Shown piece after piece: positions 40,446 through 49,666 of a stretch of DNA of 64,000 nt (the first letter of the stretch is position 1; every line of letters starts with the position of its first letter). The DNA is from an uncultured Pseudomonadota bacterium. GTDB taxonomy: Bacteria > Desulfobacterota > Binatia > Binatales > Binataceae. The translations under genes were made by a program, and so were the position numbers. The notes under the pieces are model-generated. The model searched no databases. It saw only the letters and a list, made by a program, of their open reading frames with translations, and was not told the origin of the DNA. The stretch lies in contig CAWDWL010000031.1 of assembly GCA_963805995.1 (NCBI GenBank), forward strand, positions 4,663 to 68,662, in the 5' to 3' direction.

Positions 40446-41249
40446 TCAATACGGGGTAGGCACGACGCGGTAGTAAACGCCGTTGGCGCCGTACGACGGC
40501 TGGAACCACGTATTGCCGCACAGATAATAGGTTATGCCGCCGACCGTGGGTGAGGCGCAACCGGCCGGTACCGTCGCATAGATTGCGCCCATCGCATACG
40601 GGGTGTCGGAGGCACCGGCGGCGTAGCCCGACGCGTAAGCGTTCGACGTGGCTGCGCTCGTGTTCGCGGAGGCCACAGCCGCGCCGGCGGCCATCCCGAC
40701 CACGGCGCCCGCGGCGGCGGCACCGGCGGTGTTCCACCCTCCGCAGTTATAGCAGCCGCTGCCGTAATAGTTCACGGTGGCGGGTGGATGATACGTCGGG
40801 TAGTAGGCGCCGTAGTAGGGAGAATGGTACGCGGTCGCGCCGTATGCGTTGGTATGATACGCGCCATACCCATAAGCGCCCGAGGTGGTGCCGCCGTACA
40901 CGTTGGTATGCGTGGCGCCGGAGCCGTAAGCGCCATAGGTGCTGCCGCCATACATGTTAGTATGTTCGGAGCCCCCGCCGTAAGCATGCGCGGAGCTGCC
41001 CCCATACATGTTGGTATGCTCGGTACCCTCTCCATAAGCATGCGCGGAGCTGCCGCCGTACGCATTGGTGTGCTCGGTGCCCTGCCCGTAAGCGTGCGTG
41101 GTGCTACCGCCCCAATCGTTGGAGTGGCTGGTGGACCCATAACTGTGCGACCATCCACCCCCGCCGCCGGCGTGCCCCCAGGCACCGGCAGGCGCGTTTG
41201 AGCACGCGACAATCAGGAAACTCGCAAAGCCAATTGCGCTAAGTTTCAT
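40446..41249 (-). CDS. Secreted Gly/Tyr/His-rich repeat protein
   Basis: Signal peptide; about 11 nine-residue xxxxxYGxG/xxHTNxYGG repeats; CxxC; Ala-rich helix; C-terminal C...YYLCGNTWFQP...YRVV domain. Confidence 0.85.
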   Translation of the reverse strand: MKLSAIGFASFLIVACSNAPAGAWGHAGGGGGWSHSYGSTSHSNDWGGSTTHAYGQGTEHTNAYGGSSAHAYGEGTEHTNMYGGSSAHAYGGGSEHTNMYGGSTYGAYGSGATHTNVYGGTTSGAYGYGAYHTNAYGATAYHSPYYGAYYPTYHPPATVNYYGSGCYNCGGWNTAGAAAAGAVVGMAAGAAVASANTSAATSNAYASGYAAGASDTPYAMGAIYATVPAGCASPTVGGITYYLCGNTWFQPSYGANGVYYRVVPTPY

Positions 41250-41261
41250 GGTTCGATCTCC

Positions 41262-42182
41262 TTACTGGTTCTGGGATCGCTTGGCCTTCGGTGGAGGCGC
41301 AAAGCGCGGCCGAACCCACGGGTCCGGGCGGGCGAACGCGATACGCTTGGCGGCCTGCGCTTTCGCCGAGGTGAAAGCGTCCGCCGGTATGACAGGGTCG
41401 AGTTGCCAGTTGGAGAGCTCCATCTGGTGGCGCAGGCTCAAAGAATCGTTGCGGAACACGGCGCGGAGCATGCGCGGCAGCTTGTCCTGGGCGCCGATCC
41501 AGATCTGTATGAACACGGCATCGTTGGCATAGGCTACCATGTCCGTGGTAATTCCCCCGACCACGTTGGACTGGCCTATATAGAAGGCGATCTTCAGCCC
41601 TTTGGCAATGTCCTTGTAAGGGTCGGTCACGATCACGTCGCTGAAGGGGAAGTAAATCGCAGCATTGTCATAGGCCGCCTTCAGCGCGGCATCGATGGTT
41701 GGCGGCGCGGGAGCGACCGCGACCAAGTCCTCGGCCGGCGCGAAGGCCATCATCGTTTTGCCGTTATAGTAAAAATCAGAACGAGGACCGTCACCCAGGG
41801 TGATCACCCGAAGCTGGTCGGGCCGCTCCATGGTGACCTCGGACCTGGTCATGTAGGCCAGGGGCGGGCCCAGGCGGCTGGGGCTCTCGTAGGTGACCAC
41901 CGACGTGAACGTCATTGAATGGGCGGCGGCCAGGCGGTTGCTGGCGGCCTTCAGGATGTCGATCGCCTTGGGTTCGAGGGCCGGCGCCGCCGCGGTGGCA
42001 GCGGCCTTGCGCGACGACTTGGCCGGTTTCGAAGGATGCGGCGCGTCCTGCGGCTGCTGCGCGTTCGCGCTCGCGGCCAGCAGCACACCCAAAGCGGCCA
42101 GCAGCACCACGCGCCCAGGGCGCTGGTTTCGCGCCATCACAGGTCCCGGAGACGAACCCGGTCGAGGTGTCCGCCCGGTCAT
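41262..42182 (-). CDS. DUF2092 family periplasmic protein
   Basis: Signal peptide; AIDILKA.S.RLAAA, RPDQLRV, FYYNGKTM, APPTIDAAL, P.SD, QIWIG.QDKLPR and LSNW motifs. ATG 42182 overlaps the upstream TGA. Confidence 0.82.
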   Translation of the reverse strand: MTGRTPRPGSSPGPVMARNQRPGRVVLLAALGVLLAASANAQQPQDAPHPSKPAKSSRKAAATAAAPALEPKAIDILKAASNRLAAAHSMTFTSVVTYESPSRLGPPLAYMTRSEVTMERPDQLRVITLGDGPRSDFYYNGKTMMAFAPAEDLVAVAPAPPTIDAALKAAYDNAAIYFPFSDVIVTDPYKDIAKGLKIAFYIGQSNVVGGITTDMVAYANDAVFIQIWIGAQDKLPRMLRAVFRNDSLSLRHQMELSNWQLDPVIPADAFTSAKAQAAKRIAFARPDPWVRPRFAPPPKAKRSQNQ

Positions 42183-42472
42183 GGTATGAGCCCGCATTCA
42201 AACATCTTGTTGGCAATCGGCGCCGCCACTCTGTTGATGAAGGCGGCGCGCATCTGCGGATCGTTGCGCATAAACTGAATGACTTGCTGTTCCCTCTGGG
42301 ATGGCGGTTGGCCCTTCTTTTTCCACAACTGCTCGCAGGACGATTCCTGGTATTTCTGGATGACTTTGTCGGCCACCCGGTTCATGATCGGGTACTGGGC
42401 GCTGGCGACGCCGGCGAACAGGAGCAGCGCGGGCCCCAGTGCAAGAAGGCAAGAACGAAGACATTTGCTCAT
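42179..42472 (-). CDS. Small secreted helical protein with two Cys
   Basis: GAAGGA RBS; signal peptide ending ASA-Q; YQESSCEQLW...IANKMFECGLIP. Confidence 0.8.
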   Translation of the reverse strand: MSKCLRSCLLALGPALLLFAGVASAQYPIMNRVADKVIQKYQESSCEQLWKKKGQPPSQREQQVIQFMRNDPQMRAAFINRVAAPIANKMFECGLIP

Positions 42473-42673
42473 GGCTTTTCCTTCTACAGGTTATCGATGG
42501 CGCGAGAGGGAATTTTCACGCCACTTTCGGATCCAATCGGCGTCACCGCCCTTGGCTTCCCCGCGTCGCTGTTACACCGTCCCGAGCTAACGGACCGTGC
42601 GAAATGAACAATCAGAAACAGCGCAGGTCGGCAAAATGATGGCAGAACGAGCACGCTGCTGATATTGGACTTT

Positions 42674-42717
42674 GGTCTTATACAAGGTCTTTATACCATT
42701 ATGCCAGGTCTTTATAC
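42674..42717. promoter_or_regulatory. Triple direct repeat GGTCTT(T)ATAC, candidate regulator boxes
   Basis: Copies start at 42674, 42686 and 42707, upstream of the three-gene secreted operon. Confidence 0.45.
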
Positions 42718-42746
42718 AAAATGAAGGCCGCGATGTCGTGGCTTCC

Positions 42747-43214
42747 TCACCGCTTGGCCACGCCGCTGGTCATTGCCGCGAACGTGCGGCCGGTATGAAG
42801 GGTGACGTACTTCTCCGCGACAATCCGCATCACCTCGCGCGACGGCGTATCCAGATGACTCAGATAATGCTCGCGCAGCTCTCCCTCGACGCCGACACCG
42901 TCTGCCATCGCGTCAAGCACGCGGCGCCGCAGTGCCGGGTCGTCGTCGAACTCCACCCGGCCGATCACCGTGACTCCGCCTTTGAGCGGAGCCTCGAATA
43001 TCGCCGCCGTGCGCGGATCCCGCCGCCAGGCGATGTTTTTGCCCCGGTCGGCGGTCGAGGTCACATAGATTTTGCCCTCCAGCACTACACTCTGTACGTA
43101 AGCGCCGGTGGGATGACCGTCGCGGCGGCACCAGGTGACCATGCATCCGGCGGCGGCGCGGATAACTTCAGCGGTTTCCTCGGGCGTCATGCGAAACGGG
43201 TCGAGATTTTCCAT
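42747..43214 (-). CDS. Pyridoxamine 5'-phosphate oxidase-like (PPOX, flavin/F420 split-barrel) protein, copy 2
   Basis: RRDGHP...DRGKNIAWRRDPR...VTVIGRVEF. Confidence 0.8.
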   Translation of the reverse strand: MENLDPFRMTPEETAEVIRAAAGCMVTWCRRDGHPTGAYVQSVVLEGKIYVTSTADRGKNIAWRRDPRTAAIFEAPLKGGVTVIGRVEFDDDPALRRRVLDAMADGVGVEGELREHYLSHLDTPSREVMRIVAEKYVTLHTGRTFAAMTSGVAKR

Positions 43215-43254
43215 CGTGATAGGACCTTGATTTTGAGGCGGCCGGACCCCGCGT

Positions 43255-43722
43255 TTAGCTGACCATCGCGACACCGACCTTGCCCGTGTGCAAGGTAACG
43301 TATTTCTCCGGGATGAGCCGCATCACTTCACGGCCCTTGGTATTGATATGGGCGATAAACTTCTCCCGCGCCGCGCCTTTCATATTGACGGCGTCAGCCA
43401 TGGTGTTGAAGACGCGCAGCTTGAAGGCCGGATCTTCCTCGAATTGCACCCGTCCAATCACGGTCACGCCGCCCTTGCCCGGGACGTCGAACACCCATGC
43501 GGTGCGCGGGTCGCGCCGCCAGGCCTTGTTCTTGCCCCGATCGTCGGTTGAAGTGGTATAGACTTGGCCGTCCACTACGACGGTCTGCACGTACGCACCG
43601 GTGGGATGTCCGTCGCGGCGCGACCAGATGACTGTGCCGCCTCCGGCCTCCCTGATCACGTTGGCTGTTTCTTCTTCCGTCAGCTTGAACAGCGCCAGAT
43701 TTTCCATCGGTTCTTCCGCCAT
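43255..43722 (-). CDS. PPOX-like (flavin/F420 split-barrel) protein, copy 1
   Basis: AAAGGAG RBS; RRDGHP...DRGKNKAWRRDPR...VTVIGRVQF. Confidence 0.8.
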   Translation of the reverse strand: MAEEPMENLALFKLTEEETANVIREAGGGTVIWSRRDGHPTGAYVQTVVVDGQVYTTSTDDRGKNKAWRRDPRTAWVFDVPGKGGVTVIGRVQFEEDPAFKLRVFNTMADAVNMKGAAREKFIAHINTKGREVMRLIPEKYVTLHTGKVGVAMVS

Positions 43723-43927
43723 CGTCTGATCTCCTTTGGCTGGGACTTCCCTTTCTGTACCGTTGTCGCGAATAGCATTATTGGCGCCTACCATGCCTCA
43801 AACCTGACCGGTTGTAAAAGTGGCGGAGGGTCTGCGTAATTCGGGAGAAGCCATCGACTTCTGATGCGCTACGGCTCTTACGTGGACCTTTGTCGAACGG
43901 TCGTGCTGGTATACTAGTAGGGAGACG

Positions 43928-44932
43928 ATGGGCAAAATTTATCAAAATATCGTTTTAACGATTTTTGCGTTTATCCTGATGGCTGGATTCGGGTTTGGTC
44001 AGGAGACCGCGCCCAAGCGGCAAGCGGTTCCCGTGCGCCATGAGATCTCGGGCGATCGCTTCGAATATCAGGTTGGCGATGACGACACCTCACGCTCGAT
44101 TGCGGCCAGCTTCGGCGAGCCCGACGAAATCATGCTGCTCAACGGCGGCGATCCGGAGCCGGGTACGAAAATAATCGTCGATAACCGCCATGTGGCGCCC
44201 GAAGTAATTCCCGATGGGGTGGTGATCAACATTCCGCAGCGGATGCTGTTCGTTTTCAGCGGTGGCAAGCTGGCTGCGGCCTGGCCCGTCACCGTCGGGC
44301 GGCCGGATTGGCCTACGCCCTTAGGCAGCTTTTACGTTACCTCGCGACGGCTCAATCCGACCTGGCACGTTCCGCCCGCGATTCAGGACGAGATGGCCGA
44401 GGAAGGCGTCGACGTACCCGATGAAGTCAAACCGGGTCCGAAAAACCCGCTGGGCAAGAACTTCCTCGGCTTGGACCACGGCGGTATCGGGATTCATGGC
44501 ACCAACCGCCCGCTCAGCATCTACCTGTTCGGCTCCCACGGATGCATCCGGCTATCTCCGGATGCGGCCGCCAAGCTGTTCAAGATGGTGTCGAATTCGG
44601 AAGCGGTCGAGATCATCTATCAGCCGGTGGCGCTGGCGGTGCTGAACGACAGCCGCATCTTCCTGGAGTCGGATGCCGACCCCTATGGGATGGGAATCCC
44701 CCATCTTGATGATGTGCGGGCCGCGGCGCGCGGGGCCGGCGTCGAAAACTCGATTGATTGGGATCGCGCCTCGCGAGCGCTGGTGATGGTCGAAGGGGTC
44801 GCCCGCCGGATCGACAAGGGCTGGCAACCGGCGGTGGATGCCGCACCGCGGCCGAAGGCGAGCGTGCAGCCGACCCCGGCATCCGATGCTGCGGCAGACG
44901 ACGGGCAATCCGATCCGGACGATCACAACTGA
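43928..44932 (+). CDS. L,D-transpeptidase (YkuD/ErfK family)
   Basis: VVINIPQRML, WPVTVGR, TPLGSF, NPTWHVP, GPKNPLG and GIHGTN...SHGCIRL motifs; extended -10 TGGTATACT at 43907-43915. Confidence 0.92.
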   Translation: MGKIYQNIVLTIFAFILMAGFGFGQETAPKRQAVPVRHEISGDRFEYQVGDDDTSRSIAASFGEPDEIMLLNGGDPEPGTKIIVDNRHVAPEVIPDGVVINIPQRMLFVFSGGKLAAAWPVTVGRPDWPTPLGSFYVTSRRLNPTWHVPPAIQDEMAEEGVDVPDEVKPGPKNPLGKNFLGLDHGGIGIHGTNRPLSIYLFGSHGCIRLSPDAAAKLFKMVSNSEAVEIIYQPVALAVLNDSRIFLESDADPYGMGIPHLDDVRAAARGAGVENSIDWDRASRALVMVEGVARRIDKGWQPAVDAAPRPKASVQPTPASDAAADDGQSDPDDHN

Positions 44933-44992
44933 ACCAGGCAGCCGCCGCGCGCGGTCTTGACCGCACCGTCCGCGCCCCGCTATCGAGATGCG

Positions 44993-46186
44993 ATGGACCT
45001 CAGCTTCACCGAAGAGGAAGAACGTTATCGCCAGCGCGTGCGCGCTTTTCTAAAGAGCAATCTGCCCGAAGGATGGGGCACTCCCGGCTATGAGCTGCCG
45101 AAGGGCTGGGCGCTGGTCGAAGTGCTGCGCGACTGGCAGCGCCGGATGGTGAAGCACGGCTTCGTGGCGTTGGCATGGCCCAAAGAGTACGGCGGCCAGG
45201 GCGCCAGCGCGATGGAGATGGCGATCTTCAGCGAGGAATGCGCGCGCGTGCGGGCGCCCGGCGCACTCAACTCGCTGGCGATGTCGCAGGTCGGTCCCAC
45301 CATCATCCAGCACGGCACCCAAGCGCAGAAGCAGCGCTACCTGCCCGCAATCGTCAACGCCGACGAGATCTGGTGCCAGGGCTTTTCCGAGCCCAATGCG
45401 GGCTCCGATCTCTCGTCGCTGCGGACCCGGGCCGAGTTGGTCGGCGACGAATTCATCGTCAACGGTCAGAAGATTTGGACCTCTTACGCGCAGTACGCCG
45501 CCTGGTGCTACCTGCTGGTCCGCACCGACCCGGCCGCGCCCAAGCATCGCGGAATCAGCTACCTGCTGGTCGACATGAAAACCCCTGGCATCACGGTCAA
45601 GCCGCTCAAACAGATGCATGGCGGGCAGGACTTCAACGAGGTCTTTTTCGAAAACGTCCACGTCCCGCGGGAGAATCTGCTGGGGGCGCTCAACGACGGC
45701 TGGCGCGTCAGCATGACCACGCTGGCCAACGAGCGCGGCACCAGCGCGCTTTCCCAATACGTCCGTTATGAGCAGATTTTCAACGACCTGGTGCAACTGG
45801 CGCGCACGACGCGCAAGAACGGCAGGCCGGCGCTGGAAAACCTCGTAGTCCGCCAGGAACTGGCGCGCCACTACGTCGATCTGCAGAGCTTCAAGTACGT
45901 TTGCTTCCGGGTCTTTTCGGCCATCATCAACGGCGGTACCCCGGGAGCTGAAGGCTCGATTCTAAAGCTGCTGTGGTCCGAGCTTAACCAGCGGATGCAG
46001 GAAACCGCGATGTCGCTGGAAGCGATGGCGAGTCAGGTGGTCGCGGAATCTGCGCACGCGATCGAGGGCGGACGTTGGCAGGTTTCGTTTTTGCGCTCGC
46101 GCGCCAACACCATTGAGGCCGGCACCTCGGAGATCCAGCGCAACATCGTGTGCGAGCGGGTGCTGGGCCTGCCGCGCACTCGGTGA
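44993..46186 (+). CDS. Acyl-CoA dehydrogenase
   Basis: WPKEYGG, WCQGFSEPNAGSDL, NGQKIWTS, FNEVFF and TIEAGTSEIQRNI motifs. Confidence 0.95.
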   Translation: MDLSFTEEEERYRQRVRAFLKSNLPEGWGTPGYELPKGWALVEVLRDWQRRMVKHGFVALAWPKEYGGQGASAMEMAIFSEECARVRAPGALNSLAMSQVGPTIIQHGTQAQKQRYLPAIVNADEIWCQGFSEPNAGSDLSSLRTRAELVGDEFIVNGQKIWTSYAQYAAWCYLLVRTDPAAPKHRGISYLLVDMKTPGITVKPLKQMHGGQDFNEVFFENVHVPRENLLGALNDGWRVSMTTLANERGTSALSQYVRYEQIFNDLVQLARTTRKNGRPALENLVVRQELARHYVDLQSFKYVCFRVFSAIINGGTPGAEGSILKLLWSELNQRMQETAMSLEAMASQVVAESAHAIEGGRWQVSFLRSRANTIEAGTSEIQRNIVCERVLGLPRTR

Positions 46187-46269
46187 ACTGATGGTGCCGT
46201 TGAATGAGGTTTCTCATTTACTGTATGGGTCGGCTTCCCGTTTGAGCTTTAATCCCAGGGTCCTAAACA

Positions 46270-46359
46270 GTAGGACGGGCGCCCCTGCCCGCCGCGTCCG
46301 CCGCCAGTTAGTCTAAATTGGTACGCTCGGCACACGGCGGGCAGGGACCCCCGCCCTAC
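46270..46359. repeat. GTAG-type REP doublet (inverted pair)
   Basis: GTAGGACGGGCGCCCCTGCCCGCCG ... CGGCGGGCAGGGACCCCCGCCCTAC between convergent genes. Confidence 0.75.
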
Positions 46360-46402
46360 TGAATCTTCCTCGAATCAGCAGTGCTACATGAAGTGGCAGA
46401 TA

Positions 46403-47146
46403 TCACTTCCGGCTGCTGAAGGCGGCCAGGCGCTCGCGGATATCGGGGGCCGTGCCCGGTGAACGATAGACCTCGTGCGCCAGTCCCTCGCGCAGCGTCA
46501 TCCCCTCGGTCTCGCGCAGCAGCCGTTTGTTGCCGCGCAGGGTATGCCATGAGTTGGCCAGGATCGTTTCCGTGAGCTTGCGCAGTTCCTCATCGAAGAC
46601 TGCGTCCGGAAAGCATTGATTCACCAGCCCCATCGCCAGGGCCTCGGCTCCGCTAAAGGGGCGCGAGGTGGTCATCATCTCGATCGCCTTGGCCGCGCCG
46701 ATTCGCCGGGGCAGCCGCTGACTCATCCCCCACATCGGGATGAGGCCCAATTTCGCATGGGTGTCGGCGAAACGGGCCGATTCCGTTGCGACGATCATGT
46801 CGCATGCCAGCGCCATTTCCAGGCCGCCGGTGTAGCAGACCCCATGCACCGCGCAGATCACGGGTTGCGGCAACTCCGCCAGCATATCGACCGTCTTGCC
46901 CTTGAAGTTGGGTTCCGGCTGGCGCACGCGCTGGCTCATTTCCGCGATATCATTGCCGGCGCAAAAGCCCTTACCCGCGCCGCGCAAGACCACCAGTCCG
47001 ATCTCGCCGGTCTGGCGCGCGATATCGTCCAGATGGATGCGTAACTCCTGGCACAGCGGCTGGTCGAGCGAGTTGAGCTTATCGGGGCGGTTCAGCGTAA
47101 GCGTAGCCAGCCCATCGTGGTCGTGGCGAAGCACCAGTTCGGCCAT
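46403..47146 (-). CDS. Enoyl-CoA hydratase/isomerase family protein
   Basis: LTLNRPDKLNSL, FCAGND, GGLEMALACD and FADTHAKLGLIP motifs; AGGAGGAG RBS. Confidence 0.93.
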   Translation of the reverse strand: MAELVLRHDHDGLATLTLNRPDKLNSLDQPLCQELRIHLDDIARQTGEIGLVVLRGAGKGFCAGNDIAEMSQRVRQPEPNFKGKTVDMLAELPQPVICAVHGVCYTGGLEMALACDMIVATESARFADTHAKLGLIPMWGMSQRLPRRIGAAKAIEMMTTSRPFSGAEALAMGLVNQCFPDAVFDEELRKLTETILANSWHTLRGNKRLLRETEGMTLREGLAHEVYRSPGTAPDIRERLAAFSSRK

Positions 47147-47298
47147 CGTTGTCTCCTCCTGGCGGAATTGAACCATAGCGTTATCGTATCGAGAGCGAAA
47201 GTCACTTCGCATTCATTTTGAGGGAGCATTTTTATCCGGCGCGGCGGGTTGCAAGTCTCGATCGAAAAGTGAAATGAGATTGATAGAGGTTTCAGTGG

Positions 47299-48051
47299 AT
47301 GAGCGAGCAAGCGGTCAAGCAGAGGAAGGTCATGCAATTCATCGCCTGCGCAGCGGGGCGCGATCGCGCGCAGTTCCGCGAGCATTACTTGCGCCAGCAC
47401 GCGCCGCTGATGCTGACGCATTGCCCGCGCCTGCGGCGTTACGTGGTCGATCTGGTGGACGTGAAGGCGTCGATCAAGCATCGCGCCGGCCGGGCGCCGC
47501 TCAATCGCGAAGTGGACCCGCCGCCCTTCGAAGTCGTGACCGAGATGTGGTTTGACAGTTTCGACGACTTCAAGGAGCCCGCGCGCCGGTACGACACTGC
47601 GGCGGGCGGCCAGCTGATTGGCGACGACTTGCGCGCAATGGGCGCCCAGGTCTTCGATTATCTGATCTCCGAGACCGTCCAATGGAATCGCACGCCGCGG
47701 CCGGCGGCCGGCCAACGCACTCCCGGCGTCAAGCTGCTCGCCCTCACGCGCCGCAATGAGAACCTGCCCAACAAGGAAGTCGAGGCGATGTGGCGCCGGC
47801 ACACGATTGCGGCGTCGAAATATCATGCCTTCGCGAGCAGTTATGTCCAGGACGGCGTCATCACCGCGCTTACTGCGGACGCGCCAGTCGTCCATGGATT
47901 GGCGGAGCTGTTTTTCCCCACCGTGGAGGACCTCGAGGAGCGATTTTACGGCGGCACGATCGAGGGCGAAGAAGCAATCTACGCCGATGCGCAACCGTTT
48001 GTGGCCGACGCGATCGGACTGCCCACGAGTGAATATGTGTTGCGGCCCTGA
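47299..48051 (+). CDS. EthD family protein with two tandem EthD domains
   Basis: FREHYLRQHAPL...RYVV...VTEMWFDS and WRRH...SYVQ...GLAELFF. Confidence 0.75.
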   Translation: MSEQAVKQRKVMQFIACAAGRDRAQFREHYLRQHAPLMLTHCPRLRRYVVDLVDVKASIKHRAGRAPLNREVDPPPFEVVTEMWFDSFDDFKEPARRYDTAAGGQLIGDDLRAMGAQVFDYLISETVQWNRTPRPAAGQRTPGVKLLALTRRNENLPNKEVEAMWRRHTIAASKYHAFASSYVQDGVITALTADAPVVHGLAELFFPTVEDLEERFYGGTIEGEEAIYADAQPFVADAIGLPTSEYVLRP

Positions 48052-48066
48052 ATGAGAGGCGCTTTA

Positions 48067-48128
48067 TTCTGTTCCCTCTCCCACATTCGAATGTGGGGAG
48101 AGGGTGATGGTTCTGATACACCTCAAGT
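48067..48128. repeat. Dispersed intergenic repeat (hairpin plus TGATACACCTCAAGTA tail), copy A
   Basis: TTCTGTTCCCTCTCCCACATTC...GAGGGTGA...TGATACACCTCAAGTA, shared with 61635-61702. Confidence 0.75.
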
Positions 48129-48195
48129 AATAATAAATGCATTGGCGCAGAAGGACAATTTCCTCCGTGGGACCGGCCTTCCGGTCGTGCGGCAC

Positions 48196-48223
48196 CTGAC
48201 ATTTTCCGGTCCGGCGCTATAAT
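48196..48223 (+). promoter_or_regulatory. Sigma70-type promoter
   Basis: CTGACA-N16-TATAAT followed by a GAGGAGG RBS. Confidence 0.55.
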
Positions 48224-48253
48224 GAGCCCGGGCATTCGAGGAGGTCTAGCGCA

Positions 48254-49480
48254 TTGAAAATTTCAGTCTTCACCGAGCTTCAGATTCCCCGCCCGTGGGA
48301 ACCCGGGATCGAACTCAAGATCTTCCAGGAAGGCTTGGCGCAGGTCGAACTCGCCGACCGGCTGGGCTATCACGCGGCCTGGTGCGTGGAGCATCATTTC
48401 CTCGAAGAATACGCGCACTGTTCCTCGCCTGAAGTTTTCCTCGCGGCGTGCAGCGGGCGCACCAGGAACATCCGCCTGGGGCACGGCGTGATGCTATTGC
48501 CGCCGGCCTTCAATCCGACCGCGCGCGCGGCCGAGCGCATCGCGACGCTGGACCTGGTCAGCAACGGACGGGTGGAATTCGGCACCGGTGAATCGTCCTC
48601 CGAGTTGGAACTGGGGGGATTCGGCGTTCCGCGGGCGGAAAAGCGCGACATGTGGCGCGAAGGGCTCGGCGCAGTCTGCCGCATGATGGTTGAGGAGCCG
48701 TTTCGCGGGCATGAGGGCAAATACCTGAACATGCCGGTGCGCAACGTGGTGCCCAAGCCGGTCCAAAAGCCGCATCCGCCGCTGTGGGTGGCCTGCTCCA
48801 AGCGCGAAACGATTCTGCTGGCCGCCAAGCTGGGGATCGGCGCACTGACTTTCGCCTTCGTCTCGCCCGAGGAATCCCAGAAATGGGTCCACGACTACTA
48901 CGAAACCTTGGCCAATGAATCCGAGCCGATCGGCTTTGCCGTCAACGCCAATATCGCGTTGACCCAGATGATGATGTGCGCGCCCACGCGTGAGCAGGCG
49001 ATAGAGATGGATCGCGACGGCAGTAACTTCTTCGTCTATGCGGTCGGCTATTATTACGTCTTCGGCGAGCACGAGCCGGGCAAGAGCAGCGTATGGGATG
49101 CCTATGCGAAGACTGTCAGGGGCACCGACACCAAGATAAACACCGGCTTTGGCGATACCTCTACCGGTATGGTCAGCCCCTGCGTCGGCAGTCCCAAGGA
49201 GATCCGCGAGGCGCTGCGGGTGTACGAGGAGCACGGTGTTGACCAGGTGCTGCTGCAGACCCAGGGCGGGCGCAACAAGCACGAAATAATCTGTGAGTCG
49301 CTCGAGCGGTTTGCCCGCGAGGTAATGCCGGAATTCCAGGAGCGCGACGTCAAGCTTTCCAAGCAGAAAGCCGAGCGGATGGCGCCGATTATCGAACGGG
49401 CGATGAAGCGCAAGCCCGAGCCGAAGATTCCCAAGTCAACCGGCCCGACCATCGTCAGGTCGGCGGGCGGGCTGCTTTAG
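48254..49480 (+). CDS. LLM class flavin-dependent oxidoreductase (luciferase-like)
   Basis: WCVEHHF, IRLGHGV, AERIATLDLVSNGRVEFGTG and PKPVQKPHPPLW motifs; TTG start with strong RBS. Confidence 0.93.
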   Translation: MKISVFTELQIPRPWEPGIELKIFQEGLAQVELADRLGYHAAWCVEHHFLEEYAHCSSPEVFLAACSGRTRNIRLGHGVMLLPPAFNPTARAAERIATLDLVSNGRVEFGTGESSSELELGGFGVPRAEKRDMWREGLGAVCRMMVEEPFRGHEGKYLNMPVRNVVPKPVQKPHPPLWVACSKRETILLAAKLGIGALTFAFVSPEESQKWVHDYYETLANESEPIGFAVNANIALTQMMMCAPTREQAIEMDRDGSNFFVYAVGYYYVFGEHEPGKSSVWDAYAKTVRGTDTKINTGFGDTSTGMVSPCVGSPKEIREALRVYEEHGVDQVLLQTQGGRNKHEIICESLERFAREVMPEFQERDVKLSKQKAERMAPIIERAMKRKPEPKIPKSTGPTIVRSAGGLL

Positions 49481-49666
49481 CAAGGTGTTGTTGAGAGCCG
49501 GATTACACGGACCACGGCGCGCGGCGCCTGCAGGCGCGCGGACACGCGGGCTGGCTCGAAAGAATCAATTCCAGTACAAGTGTTCAGAACAGTACCGACG
49601 CTGATCCTGGACGCACCGGGGTATGCAAAAATAGCGGCAACGCCGGTACGAAATTAGGAGGCAATT

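Noticed and set aside
40860-41110. Regular 27/54-nt repeats as a possible CRISPR array
   Set aside because: In-frame coding repeats without unique spacers; no cas genes in the window.
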